From assembly GCA_949283025.1 (NCBI GenBank), contig CASDRB010000012.1:197384-261383 (forward strand): a DNA stretch of 64,000 nt, read 5' to 3'. Below, piece after piece: positions 51,342-61,901 of this stretch. Both the position numbers and the translations under genes were made by a program. Source of the stretch: an uncultured bacterium. GTDB taxonomy: Bacteria > Bacillota_I > Bacilli_A > RFN20 > CAG-826. Below the pieces are notes generated by a model, which was not told the DNA's origin, did no database searches, and saw only the letters and a list, made by a program, of their open reading frames with translations. Every line of letters begins with the position of its first letter. The stretch's first letter is position 1.

Positions 51342-53543
51342 TTATTTTGTTTTTCTTTTTAAAATCACTGCACCACCGATAATCGGAATAATGGCAACAC
51401 TTAAAATGATAACAATAATCAATATTTGATTGGTGTCATAGACAGGCTGTTGATTTAAACCATTACTAATAATGGCTCTATTGATAAAATTCTCATAAGT
51501 ATCAATGCCATATTTATTAATAATATAATCATATCTTTCCATCGCTAAACCAATTAAATTATCAACATTTGAGGAAGCTGTTTTCAATTCGTTTTGTTGT
51601 TGAATAGTCAAATTATTAAATTTAATTTTCATTTGATTCCAACCATCAATTGATGGCGGCGTTACACCATTATCGCAAGTAATAGTATTTAAAAATAATT
51701 GGCAATAAGATTCAACTGGCGATAGTTCTTGTGAAGAATCACTGGCTTTGTATAATTGAATTGGCTGTTGACCTTTTTTATAAAAACGGAAACGATCTTG
51801 CCCACTACTGTTATTAAATCTTAATATTGCGTCAGTGCTATTTGATTTTATTGTTATACCATTATTGTAAGAAATGCTCATAATCGCGCTCTTGTCGCTC
51901 GGTGAAACAAATTTTAAATCGTTAGGATTGGAAGAAGCTATCGCATTATTTACATCACTTTTTATAACATATCCTCCACTGACACTTTCAATAATGAAAT
52001 TATATGATTCTCCGTCTTCATAATTTATTACATTATTATTAATTGAGACTTCATGATAATTATTTGTTACATCACCTTTTGAAGCATCAAAAACCCATCC
52101 TTTAGAATTATTTTCATAAACAATTAGATAATTGCCGCTCCAATCAGATAGATTTTCTCCAACTTTTACATATCCAGATGGGAGTATGGGTTGAATAACA
52201 TCAATGGTGCACGATGCACTAATCGATGGATATTTAACTGATGTGGCGGTAATGATTGTGCTTCCAATGGATAATCCTTTAACTAACCCATCAGAACTAA
52301 CACTAGCTATGTCAGGATTAGAACTAGCCCAATTTACATTTGTGGAAGCATCGCTTGGAATTGCTGTAACACTTAATTGATAAGTTTTGTTCTTATCTAA
52401 TGTTAATGATGTCAAATTCATTGTTAACTCTTCTAATACTACTGGCTGTTTAACATTAACTTGGCAAGTAGCACTATATGAAACACCATCAATTGTAGTT
52501 TTAGCAGTTATCGTGGCATTCCCTACCTCTTTAGCATTTACATTTCCCAAACTATCAACGCTAGCAACACTAGAATTAGAAGATGAATATACAATTGTCC
52601 CACTGCCGTTATTAATAACAGCGTTAACATTAGCAGTTTCGCCAATCTCTAAAGATAAATTTGATGTAATAGAAATGGACGGTTCGTTATCTTCTAAGGC
52701 TCCTGGACCAGAATATGAAACATCATAAATCATATCTGCAAATTCAGGATGATCAATAAATGGATTGCGGTTATGTTGAAAATCATCATATATGACATTA
52801 TTTCTTCTAATTTCGCGATTAGTTGGCGGAAATTCGTTGTTCCAATCCAAACAAGTTTGCAATGATGTGAAACAATTAGTCACATTTGTGGAATATCCAG
52901 TGTTGTAATACATCACTGACATGTATAATACTGCTCTAGCCACTTCGCCTTTAGCCTCATCACAAGGTTCGAAAGTACTTCCGCTTGTATAATTATCAGT
53001 TAAATTTCCTAACGAATCTTTAACTTGCGTGCCATTTGTTACCTCACCAAATTTACTGTTGGATCTTGTTCCGTTAACTTTATTATCAGATGCAAATAAA
53101 TGATGGGCATCGGCTCCTGGACCGCTTTCACCATAACCACCTAAATTTTTAGCAAAAACATGTTCTCTATTCCATCCACTAGATCCACTGACATGTTGAC
53201 TTTTTTTCATAGTAGTTCGAGTGTATATTAAAAATACTTCACTAGAATTATTCTCTGATTCATCTCCAGATTCGCAACTATCCCATATATTAGAATAACT
53301 TAATTGTTTATATCCATTTCTAAGGATAGTTTTTAATCCAGACCTTAAATCTGTTCCTGTCATTCCTCTGATATTTTCATAATATGAATCGTCAACAGAT
53401 GGCGTTTGTGTTCCACTCCAAGCTTCAACCAACTCTAATTTGTTAAATACATTGGTTTTTAAATTAACTGCGCCAAAAGACAATGTAAGCAAAACAAAAG
53501 ACGCTACTAAAAAAATAGACTTTTTATTGATGTGTTTTTCCAT
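51342..53543 (-). CDS. Extracellular endonuclease I-family nuclease with two Big_2 Ig-like domains and C-terminal membrane anchor
   Basis: WNREHV, DAHHL, KGEVARAVLYM, NRNPFIDHP; SSN.SVASV Big_2 repeats; C-terminal TM plus KRKTK. Confidence 0.88.
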   Translation of the reverse strand: MEKHINKKSIFLVASFVLLTLSFGAVNLKTNVFNKLELVEAWSGTQTPSVDDSYYENIRGMTGTDLRSGLKTILRNGYKQLSYSNIWDSCESGDESENNSSEVFLIYTRTTMKKSQHVSGSSGWNREHVFAKNLGGYGESGPGADAHHLFASDNKVNGTRSNSKFGEVTNGTQVKDSLGNLTDNYTSGSTFEPCDEAKGEVARAVLYMSVMYYNTGYSTNVTNCFTSLQTCLDWNNEFPPTNREIRRNNVIYDDFQHNRNPFIDHPEFADMIYDVSYSGPGALEDNEPSISITSNLSLEIGETANVNAVINNGSGTIVYSSSNSSVASVDSLGNVNAKEVGNATITAKTTIDGVSYSATCQVNVKQPVVLEELTMNLTSLTLDKNKTYQLSVTAIPSDASTNVNWASSNPDIASVSSDGLVKGLSIGSTIITATSVKYPSISASCTIDVIQPILPSGYVKVGENLSDWSGNYLIVYENNSKGWVFDASKGDVTNNYHEVSINNNVINYEDGESYNFIIESVSGGYVIKSDVNNAIASSNPNDLKFVSPSDKSAIMSISYNNGITIKSNSTDAILRFNNSSGQDRFRFYKKGQQPIQLYKASDSSQELSPVESYCQLFLNTITCDNGVTPPSIDGWNQMKIKFNNLTIQQQNELKTASSNVDNLIGLAMERYDYIINKYGIDTYENFINRAIISNGLNQQPVYDTNQILIIVIILSVAIIPIIGGAVILKRKTK

Positions 53544-53633
53544 AAATGCTCCTAAAGTGTGCGTGTTTATTATATAACAAACAAATTAAAAAATGGAAAT
53601 AAATTAAACTATTGTGCAATTATCTAAAATTAT

Positions 53634-53656
53634 AAAAAAGCCTACAAATTGTAGGC
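53634..53656 (-). terminator. Intrinsic terminator
   Basis: A-run plus gcctaca-aat-tgtaggc. Confidence 0.7.
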
Positions 53657-53659
53657 GAT

Positions 53660-54829
53660 TTATTCATAACACTCTTCTAAAATCTGCAATATTTCTTCAT
53701 GGTCTAATTGTTTATAACCATATCCAGAATTATTGACAGAATAAGCGATGTCGTGAAGCATTTCTTTTGTAGCTCCTAGTTCTTTTAATGATGTGACCAT
53801 ATTAGAATTTTTAATAAATTTGGTCAAACGTCTTAAACCTTTTAAAGCAATTTCTTCATCATTTAAACCGCTTGAATTTACATTGAATACTTCAATTGCA
53901 AAACGTTTAAATTTAGGCAAACCATAAGAATAAATATGACGATAATAAGGTATAGAAATAGCCGCTAAACCCATGCCATGGGCACAATTTGTATAAGCTC
54001 CTAATTGATGTTCAATAGCATGGACGAGCCAATCTTGGGTTTTGCCTTTTCCAACCAAAGTATTTAATGCCAAAGTAGCGGTCCACATAATATTGCTTCT
54101 CGCTTCATAATTGGTTGGATTTTGAATAGCAACAGGTGTTTGCTTAATTAAACATTTTAATAAACTTTCAATTAAATAATCTGAAACATTATCATCGTCG
54201 TCGCTAAAATATTGTTCCATCAAATGCGACATAATATCAAATATTCCAGATACCATCTGATATTGGCTTACTGAATATGTATAAGTTGGATTTAAAATAG
54301 AAAATTTAGGATATGCTTCTGGTCCAAATACACGACCCACTTTTAATTTTTGAGCGACATTGGTAATAACAGAACCACCATTCATCTCTGAACCTGTCCC
54401 CACCATTGTTAAAATAGAAGCAACAGGTACGACATAATTATCTAATGGTTCGCCTTTAATCCAATATTTTTTCCATGCATCATCTTTACAATACGCTGAT
54501 ACAGAAACACCTTTTGCTAAATCGATAACTGATCCACCACCAACAGCTAAAATTAAATCTATGTGATATTCGTGGACTAAATTGACGCCTTCCATTAATT
54601 TTTTATATGTAGGATTAGGCATAATATTTGCCAATTCAACAATATGTTTGTCGCAAGATTTTAAAATTTTAATAACTTCATCGTAAAGGCCGATTTTTTT
54701 AATTGAACCGCCGCCATAAGCTAATAATATGTTTTGGCCATAATGAGACAATTCATCTTTTAAATTATCTAATGAATGCTCTCCAAAATAAATTTTCGTC
54801 GGATTATAAAATACAAAATCTTGTTTCAT
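53660..54829 (-). CDS. Iron-containing alcohol dehydrogenase (BdhA/YqhD-like)
   Basis: NPTKIYFG, YGGGS, VGGGSVID, TGSEMN, H.IEH.L, HGMGLA. Confidence 0.9.
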   Translation of the reverse strand: MKQDFVFYNPTKIYFGEHSLDNLKDELSHYGQNILLAYGGGSIKKIGLYDEVIKILKSCDKHIVELANIMPNPTYKKLMEGVNLVHEYHIDLILAVGGGSVIDLAKGVSVSAYCKDDAWKKYWIKGEPLDNYVVPVASILTMVGTGSEMNGGSVITNVAQKLKVGRVFGPEAYPKFSILNPTYTYSVSQYQMVSGIFDIMSHLMEQYFSDDDDNVSDYLIESLLKCLIKQTPVAIQNPTNYEARSNIMWTATLALNTLVGKGKTQDWLVHAIEHQLGAYTNCAHGMGLAAISIPYYRHIYSYGLPKFKRFAIEVFNVNSSGLNDEEIALKGLRRLTKFIKNSNMVTSLKELGATKEMLHDIAYSVNNSGYGYKQLDHEEILQILEECYE

Positions 54830-54839
54830 AATTACTCCT

Positions 54840-55649
54840 TTATAATAAAAGTTCTAACATCATCATAATAGCAAAACCGGCGATAAAAGACCAAATACCA
54901 AAATGAGAATTAGATGATTGTTTAAACTCTGGAACTAGTTCATCGATAGTGACATAAATCATTGCTCCGGCAGCAAAAGACAACAGCCAAGGCAAAGCCA
55001 TATCAGCAACAGCACTAGTGATAAACATAGCAATAACAGCAAAGATAGGCTCCACAATTCCACTTGCTAAACCATACAAAAAGGCTTTTGGTTTAGATAC
55101 ACCATCTTCTAACATTGGAATAGACACCGCTGCACCTTCTGGAATATTTTGAATAGATATACCAATTGCAAGCGCTAAAGCGGTAGACACACCCAAAGCC
55201 ATCGCCTCTTGATTTCCGCCTTTTAATAAAACACCACAAGCAAATCCAACTGCTAGACCTTCTGGAATGTTGTGCATTGCCACTGCTAAAAAGAATTTTA
55301 AACGTTTAGTTGTTCTAATTGATGGCAATCCTTCGGCGTGTTCTTCTTTGTTAATATGAATGTGTGGAACCAATTTATCTAAAGCATAAAGTAATAGACA
55401 CCCTAAAATAAATCCACCCACCATCGGTAAAAAAGCAATTTTATCATATGATTCTTGGGCTTGTTCTAAAGCTGGTTTTAATAGACCAAAAAAGGATGTG
55501 GAAATCATAATTCCACTAGCCAATCCAACAATGATAGCAGACGTTTTACTAGAAAAATTTTTCTTAAAAAAGAAAACTAATCCAGAACCGATGGTCGTGG
55601 CGATAAATATGGAACTGATTGAAATGATAATCGCTAAGGTTTCGTTCAT
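54840..55649 (-). CDS. ZIP-family (ZupT/GufA) metal transporter
   Basis: HNIPEGLAVG, QNIPEG, SGIVEP, AAGAMIYV. Confidence 0.9.
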   Translation of the reverse strand: MNETLAIIISISSIFIATTIGSGLVFFFKKNFSSKTSAIIVGLASGIMISTSFFGLLKPALEQAQESYDKIAFLPMVGGFILGCLLLYALDKLVPHIHINKEEHAEGLPSIRTTKRLKFFLAVAMHNIPEGLAVGFACGVLLKGGNQEAMALGVSTALALAIGISIQNIPEGAAVSIPMLEDGVSKPKAFLYGLASGIVEPIFAVIAMFITSAVADMALPWLLSFAAGAMIYVTIDELVPEFKQSSNSHFGIWSFIAGFAIMMMLELLL

Positions 55650-55694
55650 AACTTGACGCTTAATTATATAACAATCCAATCTAAATTAATATAA

Positions 55695-56699
55695 TTAATA
55701 ATAAAAATTTACCATCGCATCATAAAAATAAAAAGATAATTCATTTGGTATTAAATATTTAACTTCGTCATTGCTCATATTAGTTTCAAATATTAAATAT
55801 TGATGGTCGTCAAATTCAATTATTTTTAATAACTCTAAAGCAATAGTTATTCCAATTGAATCGGTATAATATCCATAAGTAATCGTTTGATATTTGTATT
55901 TATTTAATATTGAATTAATTTCGTTGTTGCGATACGGGGTTTTAATATCGTTATCAAAAATTAATGGATTGCTATATAAATTAGGCAATTCGTTATTCAA
56001 ACAATATTCGAGTACCGAGTCAAAATTATCAATATAAAAATTGGAGAAATCATAATAAGAACAATAATAATTTAAAATCTCATTTTGATAGTTGCTATGA
56101 TAAATAATCAATTGGTCATCATAATAATTAATTGAATTAATTTTAGTTAATTGTTGATTAGAAATCGAAAAGTGTTTTTCTAAATTCAAACGAATTTTGT
56201 TAAATACTTTTTCTCCATTATTAACCATAATTAATTCATCATTGAGAGGTTGATAATTAATAAATTGATACATACCTATGCCTAATGATAAACTGGCAAC
56301 AATTAAAATATAAAACATGGTGACTGGTTGAAATATTTTCAAATTGACATTATGTCTAATTTTTAATGCCCACCAAACAAAAGAAAATAACGAAATACAA
56401 ATTGCATATATTCCGCATATAATCAAATAATCGGCGTATCTTGAAAAATAAAAAATAATGAAACTGAATAAAAACGATAAAACAATAATTAACGACCGTA
56501 CTATCCATTTAAAATTTCTTTTTTTAAAATAAAATGCATAACCAAACGCCAAAGATGAAACAAGCAATGAACAAAAACATGTGGCAATAAGATGATTAAT
56601 TAGATTGTTTATCAAAAATAATGCAAAAAACAAGCTGATAAAAAATACATTAAACCAATATGCAAAAACATCTAAAAATTTAACTTTTTTAACAATCAT
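55695..56699 (-). CDS. Hypothetical membrane protein (about 5 TM plus soluble C-terminal domain)
   Basis: Hydrophobic N-terminal half; ATGA overlap with the MazG-like gene. Confidence 0.55.
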   Translation of the reverse strand: MIVKKVKFLDVFAYWFNVFFISLFFALFLINNLINHLIATCFCSLLVSSLAFGYAFYFKKRNFKWIVRSLIIVLSFLFSFIIFYFSRYADYLIICGIYAICISLFSFVWWALKIRHNVNLKIFQPVTMFYILIVASLSLGIGMYQFINYQPLNDELIMVNNGEKVFNKIRLNLEKHFSISNQQLTKINSINYYDDQLIIYHSNYQNEILNYYCSYYDFSNFYIDNFDSVLEYCLNNELPNLYSNPLIFDNDIKTPYRNNEINSILNKYKYQTITYGYYTDSIGITIALELLKIIEFDDHQYLIFETNMSNDEVKYLIPNELSFYFYDAMVNFYY

Positions 56700-57022
56700 A
56701 ATTTATCGTATTTATTAGCCTTTCCTTTGCATTTTTCTATTGGGTATTTAGCAATATTTTTTCTCATTTTGTCGCTTATTATTTGATAAATATCAACATC
56801 TAATTTGTCCGCTAATTGAAAACAATATGTAAATACATCTGCCAATTCGTCTTTGACATCATCTAAATTATAATTTTGTTCATCCCATTGAAAACACTCT
56901 AAAAGTTCGTTTGCTTCTATCGATATTGATTTGGCTAAGTTTGCAGGTGAGTGAAATTTATCCCAGTTTCTTTCATTAACAAATCGTTTTATTTGTTTAT
57001 TGATTGTTTTTAATTTATCCAT
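56696..57022 (-). CDS. MazG-like nucleotide pyrophosphohydrolase
   Basis: ERNWDKFHSPANLAKSISIEANELLECFQW, ELADV. Confidence 0.9.
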   Translation of the reverse strand: MDKLKTINKQIKRFVNERNWDKFHSPANLAKSISIEANELLECFQWDEQNYNLDDVKDELADVFTYCFQLADKLDVDIYQIISDKMRKNIAKYPIEKCKGKANKYDKL

Positions 57023-57065
57023 GTTTATTTTATTTTAACAAATATTGGCCAAAAATCATCAAAAT

Positions 57066-57089
57066 AAAAGGTGTAGATTTGCTACACCT
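57066..57089 (-). terminator. Intrinsic terminator after second sipW
   Basis: A-run plus aggtgtag-atttg-ctacacct. Confidence 0.7.
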
Positions 57090-58737
57090 AGTTATCTTCT
57101 TGTTCTTGAGTTTCACCACTTAAAATTTTTTCTTTAAGCTCTTGATAATGATCTTTGATTGGAATTTCTTTTTTATTAAGACCATCTTTGCTCATACAAT
57201 CCTTTATTAATTCCAACGCTCTTTTTAATGATAAAGTGGAACGGACTTTTAAGACGACAGGAATATCGGCATAAACACCTTTATTTCCAACATCTTTAAC
57301 AGGATAAGTTGTGTTTTCATAATCTTTATAATCTAATGCTAGATATAATTTTAAATTTTTGCCAGAAATAGCAATTTTACAATATGCTTTCTTATGCAAT
57401 CTAAATGTATCACCGGTAGCAGAAATACGAGATTTAACACCATAAGATAAAATTTCTTGTTTCATCGCATTATATCGGCTTTGCAATTCTTCATCTAGTT
57501 CTAAGAAACGTTGAGAAAATGAAATGCGGTCATAAGCTTTCGTTTTTCTTGGAGCGCCTGTTGAAGTAAACAAATGAGAACGCAAAGAATCATCTTCATC
57601 TTGCTCTTCTTTAATTTCTTCTACATTTGTTTCCTCATTATTTTGATTAGTGTCTACTGCTTGAGATTCATCCATTAAATTGTCTTCAACAGCATTATCT
57701 TGCGCTGTAGAAACTACTTCGTTATCTTTTTCTTGTTCGATTTGTTCAACTTGTTCAGTATTTTCTTTTCTTGTTGCCCAATCTAAATAATGAATTTCGT
57801 TTTCCTTAATAATCGCATCATCAATTTCATTTTCAAAACGAGTGTATAAATATTGTTTTCTCAAATTTATTTTTTTGCCTAAATAAATGTCTAAAATATC
57901 ATAAAAACCAATCAACACTAATGCTAAAGCAATGGTTATCATACCTATTCCAGATTGAATATAATAAATTACTATTCCTAATCCAAAATTTTGAAAACCG
58001 TTATATTTTCCAATTATATCTTGATATGTTAATCCTATTTCATAACCAGCACTCGATGTATTAGCATCGCCTCGAGCCGTAAAATATTTAACTCCTTCGT
58101 GTTCATAAATATCAATAACTCTATGAACAACAATATTATTATTGTCATCTTTAAAAGCAATAATATCATATAAATCAATATCGCCTTCTTCAACTTTATT
58201 AATACCAATTAAAGAATAGGTAGAAATTTGATTTGTTAAATTGTTTTCAATTAAATATTTATTATCTGGGTCCACTTTTTCCATTGAACCTGATTTAATA
58301 ATTAAACACGAGGTATCATTAATCATAAATAAGTCGCCTGACGCTCTAACATAAATAGCAAATCCCATAAATGCGACAAAGCAAATATAAACAACAATTA
58401 ACACGATATTTGCGACCATTTTAATGATATTTGCAGATTTTCTACCTTTTTCAATGTGCTGAGTAAAAGGAACGACATTTTCTTGTTTATATTCAACGGG
58501 TTGTTGATGATCATTTACTAAAGCTTCGGTTTTTAAAAAGTACTTTTTGTTTTCTAAAATAACTTCTCTTGCTATATAAGAATCTTCAACTTTATGATCG
58601 ATGCACTTTGCATAATATCGATAATAAAGATAAAACAAAACACCAAAACCTATCACAAGCAAAACAATGACACTGATTGAGACCGCCAATGAAATGGCTT
58701 CTAAATTGGATACACTATTTAAAATGATATTTGTCAT
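57088..58737 (-). CDS. sipW: SipW-like signal peptidase fused via an acidic linker to a C-terminal cytoplasmic domain
   Basis: IKSGSM, DIIAF, VVHRVI, ARGDAN; paralog of 29948-30994; E/Q/N-rich linker, then a ~130-aa basic domain. Confidence 0.78.
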   Translation of the reverse strand: MTNIILNSVSNLEAISLAVSISVIVLLVIGFGVLFYLYYRYYAKCIDHKVEDSYIAREVILENKKYFLKTEALVNDHQQPVEYKQENVVPFTQHIEKGRKSANIIKMVANIVLIVVYICFVAFMGFAIYVRASGDLFMINDTSCLIIKSGSMEKVDPDNKYLIENNLTNQISTYSLIGINKVEEGDIDLYDIIAFKDDNNNIVVHRVIDIYEHEGVKYFTARGDANTSSAGYEIGLTYQDIIGKYNGFQNFGLGIVIYYIQSGIGMITIALALVLIGFYDILDIYLGKKINLRKQYLYTRFENEIDDAIIKENEIHYLDWATRKENTEQVEQIEQEKDNEVVSTAQDNAVEDNLMDESQAVDTNQNNEETNVEEIKEEQDEDDSLRSHLFTSTGAPRKTKAYDRISFSQRFLELDEELQSRYNAMKQEILSYGVKSRISATGDTFRLHKKAYCKIAISGKNLKLYLALDYKDYENTTYPVKDVGNKGVYADIPVVLKVRSTLSLKRALELIKDCMSKDGLNKKEIPIKDHYQELKEKILSGETQEQEDN

Positions 58738-58758
58738 TTGTTTTTCCTCCCGATCTAA

Positions 58759-61260
58759 CTATTTTGGAACAACTTGCAAGAAGTAATTTTTACGCACGAT
58801 AAATGGATTTTCCACATAATCTTGATATGCAACATACTCACCTGTAACAACATCTTGTAGACGTTTACCTTTTTGATCATAGTATTTAAGGAGTTGCTCA
58901 AAAGTTACTATATTGCCGCTAACTCCAATTTCAGATGGAATAGTCAATCCTGCTTGCCTGACATAATTATCGGTTCCTAAAATTGGTGTTTCTAAATAAT
59001 AATAGTCTTCGCAACGATATGAATACCTGCTAGTATCTAAATAATTTGAGCCCACTTCTAATATTTGTCCACCAAAATCATCTGGATCATAAATGTTAAC
59101 AAAGATGTTATGCAGACGATATGTCCAAATATCGACTGAATTTGGTATGTTATTTATATCATAATTTATGATTGTATATATGTTATATGTTCCAGTAACT
59201 TTAAATCTGATTAACTTAACATTATTATAAACAGCGTTCCATTCAGCAGAACCTTTACCCCACTCTGCAAGAGATTTTAATTCACTTGGGGCTCCATTAT
59301 TGTATGTTCTAACTTTGATACGTCTTAAATCTTCTGTATATAAAGTATTTCCGTCCACCGAAGTATATTTTCCATCCATTACATCTTGCAAAGATACCAA
59401 ATATTTTTTTGAAGAATAAACTTCTTCTATTTCATTACCATTGATATCTTTGTACTTATACACCGGTGCGTCATATTTCAAATTAGGATCCAAAGAGTCA
59501 GTAAATTCAGAATCATTAGGATTAGTATTATCTTGTCCATATAACTTTTGATCATATATTGTATTTTGGTCTAAAGCCACTTGAATGGCAAAATAATAAG
59601 CTGGTATCAAATATTGCCTTCTTGGAGTTCCATCATCATTATAAAAAGTATAATCAATATATTTTAATGTTGGATCATTATCATTACTAGGAACATTGAC
59701 TGTTCTATTTCTTAATTCATAACTTCTTAAAAGGGTACCGCTAGTGCCTTGTCTTGTAAAATTTAATTTATAAGATTGAGGATTATTATAATCAAGAGCT
59801 AAAGATGAACCACCGATAACCCTAGGCTCATAAACTCTTTCAACAACGATATATGTGCCACGTATGTTTCCTTCATAAGCGAATGTATTTGATAAATCTG
59901 TTTTATAAGATTCATAAATATAAATTCCATCATTTCTTAACATGCTATCAATATAGTCAATTTGATCGCCAGTAAAATTGCCATTCTCATAATAATTATC
60001 GTAATATTGGTTGCCTGTATCATAAGATTCTTTTACAAAAAAGTAAATATTATATCTTCCTATCTGATCATTTAAAGGAAAATCTGAGAAAATATTTCTT
60101 GAATGTTCATTGCCCGCCCAAGAACTACCATAACAGTTGATATCATTTCTTATAATATACTTGCCAACGACAGAATCACTATTTAAATTTGATTCATTAA
60201 TTAAAAGATTTGTATAACGATACGCCTCATATTTTATACCATAATAGTATGTTTTTAATTGGGGTAGCCAATCAACCCATTCCCATACATCATAGCTGCT
60301 TTCTTTTACTCCTGCAAAAGAGGCATTTTTTTGTAATGTGTCACTAAACTCTTTGTCGTAAGAAAAATTTAAAGAACCGCTATTGGTAAAAATTTCTACA
60401 CATTCTTTTAAATTATCTTTATTTCCAGCATCATATGAATAATTATCTTTTCCAGTCGAATACATAGGATAAAAAACTATTGTTTTTCTTCCATCAATCG
60501 TAATAGCGCAATCATTATAAATGCTCAATAACGTATTAAAACGAGCAAGTTCGGTAGTAGTAGAATACGATCCTGCTACATAATGATAACCATTAGCATC
60601 ACTTGGCGTTTTCCCACTTCTTTTATATGTATTGCCATCATAAGATAGGCCCCAGCCCATAAAATTTAAATAATAAAATTTATTATCATTAACTTCAGAA
60701 CTTCTATCTAGTAACCCGCACTTCAAATCACTATTATTTTTAGAATTTACAGGTAAAACATTTGGATTACTTAAATCATCGAGCATGCCGTTAGTCACTT
60801 CTGCAACATTACGATAAATTCTTGGTCCAATATAACAATTATTCACAATATAATTACTTTGTGTGGATTCATCTGGCCAATTTGTTTCATCATAAATCCA
60901 TTTCCCATAATATCCTTGTGCTTCTTGTTGGCCTTCTGGGATGTAAACCCATAGTGAATCATTGCTTTTATATTCGTTTGTTCCACCTTCAACTGGAGTT
61001 AATTTACTAGTTATGTCAACATTTTGAGCTAAAAACACAACATCATAATATTCAACATCGTTAACAACAACATCGCTTTCTTCACCAAAAGTTTGGTTGG
61101 CTCTTATTGCATCTCCAATTGGTGATGCTTGTTCAGAAATATTAAAATTATTAGCAAAATAAAAGGTGGAATATGCTGTTGTTACAACCATGCCCAATGC
61201 ACCGACAACTAAAAACGATGCAATGATAGGTTTTTTGAAAAAACTTTTAATATTCATCAT
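58759..61260 (-). CDS. Large secreted protein with SipW-type leader; putative minor/tip subunit (cluster 2)
   Basis: Leader ends TAYSTF; Tyr/Asn-rich; lies between the small subunits and sipW. Confidence 0.55.
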   Translation of the reverse strand: MMNIKSFFKKPIIASFLVVGALGMVVTTAYSTFYFANNFNISEQASPIGDAIRANQTFGEESDVVVNDVEYYDVVFLAQNVDITSKLTPVEGGTNEYKSNDSLWVYIPEGQQEAQGYYGKWIYDETNWPDESTQSNYIVNNCYIGPRIYRNVAEVTNGMLDDLSNPNVLPVNSKNNSDLKCGLLDRSSEVNDNKFYYLNFMGWGLSYDGNTYKRSGKTPSDANGYHYVAGSYSTTTELARFNTLLSIYNDCAITIDGRKTIVFYPMYSTGKDNYSYDAGNKDNLKECVEIFTNSGSLNFSYDKEFSDTLQKNASFAGVKESSYDVWEWVDWLPQLKTYYYGIKYEAYRYTNLLINESNLNSDSVVGKYIIRNDINCYGSSWAGNEHSRNIFSDFPLNDQIGRYNIYFFVKESYDTGNQYYDNYYENGNFTGDQIDYIDSMLRNDGIYIYESYKTDLSNTFAYEGNIRGTYIVVERVYEPRVIGGSSLALDYNNPQSYKLNFTRQGTSGTLLRSYELRNRTVNVPSNDNDPTLKYIDYTFYNDDGTPRRQYLIPAYYFAIQVALDQNTIYDQKLYGQDNTNPNDSEFTDSLDPNLKYDAPVYKYKDINGNEIEEVYSSKKYLVSLQDVMDGKYTSVDGNTLYTEDLRRIKVRTYNNGAPSELKSLAEWGKGSAEWNAVYNNVKLIRFKVTGTYNIYTIINYDINNIPNSVDIWTYRLHNIFVNIYDPDDFGGQILEVGSNYLDTSRYSYRCEDYYYLETPILGTDNYVRQAGLTIPSEIGVSGNIVTFEQLLKYYDQKGKRLQDVVTGEYVAYQDYVENPFIVRKNYFLQVVPK

Positions 61261-61865
61261 TATCCCACCCTTTCATAAGTTATGTTTAAAGTTAAGGTTA
61301 CTTTTTCATCTTTATACAAATTTAATTGTTCAAGCATCGTAACAAACTTAGCGGATGAATCTGGTTTCATACCGCTTTTGTAACGAAATAAAGGTGTTAA
61401 TGTATAAGTTTTTGTTCCTGCAGTTAAATCAACATTTAAAAATCCTTCTTGATTTTCAACAAATTCAGCATATGTATTGAAAGCAATATTATTTCCAACA
61501 TCAAATCCTAATTGATATTTGAAATCATAACCGCTCAAATTTGCATAATCATCACCTAAAGAACCTTCGGCAATAGGATTAAAATCAAACACGAGATTTG
61601 GAACAAAATTAACACCAACATCTTCATTGCCTATTTCATTGTCTCCGCCTTGTTCAAAAACAATGCGATAGTTTTCATATCCTAATGTAGTTGGACCAAT
61701 TAGGTTTATTTCTCCTAATTCGCATTTAGTAGCAATGGTTATTCCAAATGCTATTTGATCGTTTTGGGTTTGGTTAGTAAAAATCCATGCTCCAAATCCA
61801 GCAGTTACAACTGTAGCAAAAGAAATAAGCGGAACAAAAAGTTGTGCTAAAAAACGTTTAAACAT
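61260..61865 (-). CDS. Secreted protein with SipW-type leader; putative fibre subunit 2B
   Basis: Leader ends AGFGAW; FEQGG; C-terminal KP..helix..TLTLNITY. Confidence 0.6.
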   Translation of the reverse strand: MFKRFLAQLFVPLISFATVVTAGFGAWIFTNQTQNDQIAFGITIATKCELGEINLIGPTTLGYENYRIVFEQGGDNEIGNEDVGVNFVPNLVFDFNPIAEGSLGDDYANLSGYDFKYQLGFDVGNNIAFNTYAEFVENQEGFLNVDLTAGTKTYTLTPLFRYKSGMKPDSSAKFVTMLEQLNLYKDEKVTLTLNITYERVG

Positions 61866-61901
61866 CTTATTTATTTATATATTTATTTCTAAACTATATT
61901 A

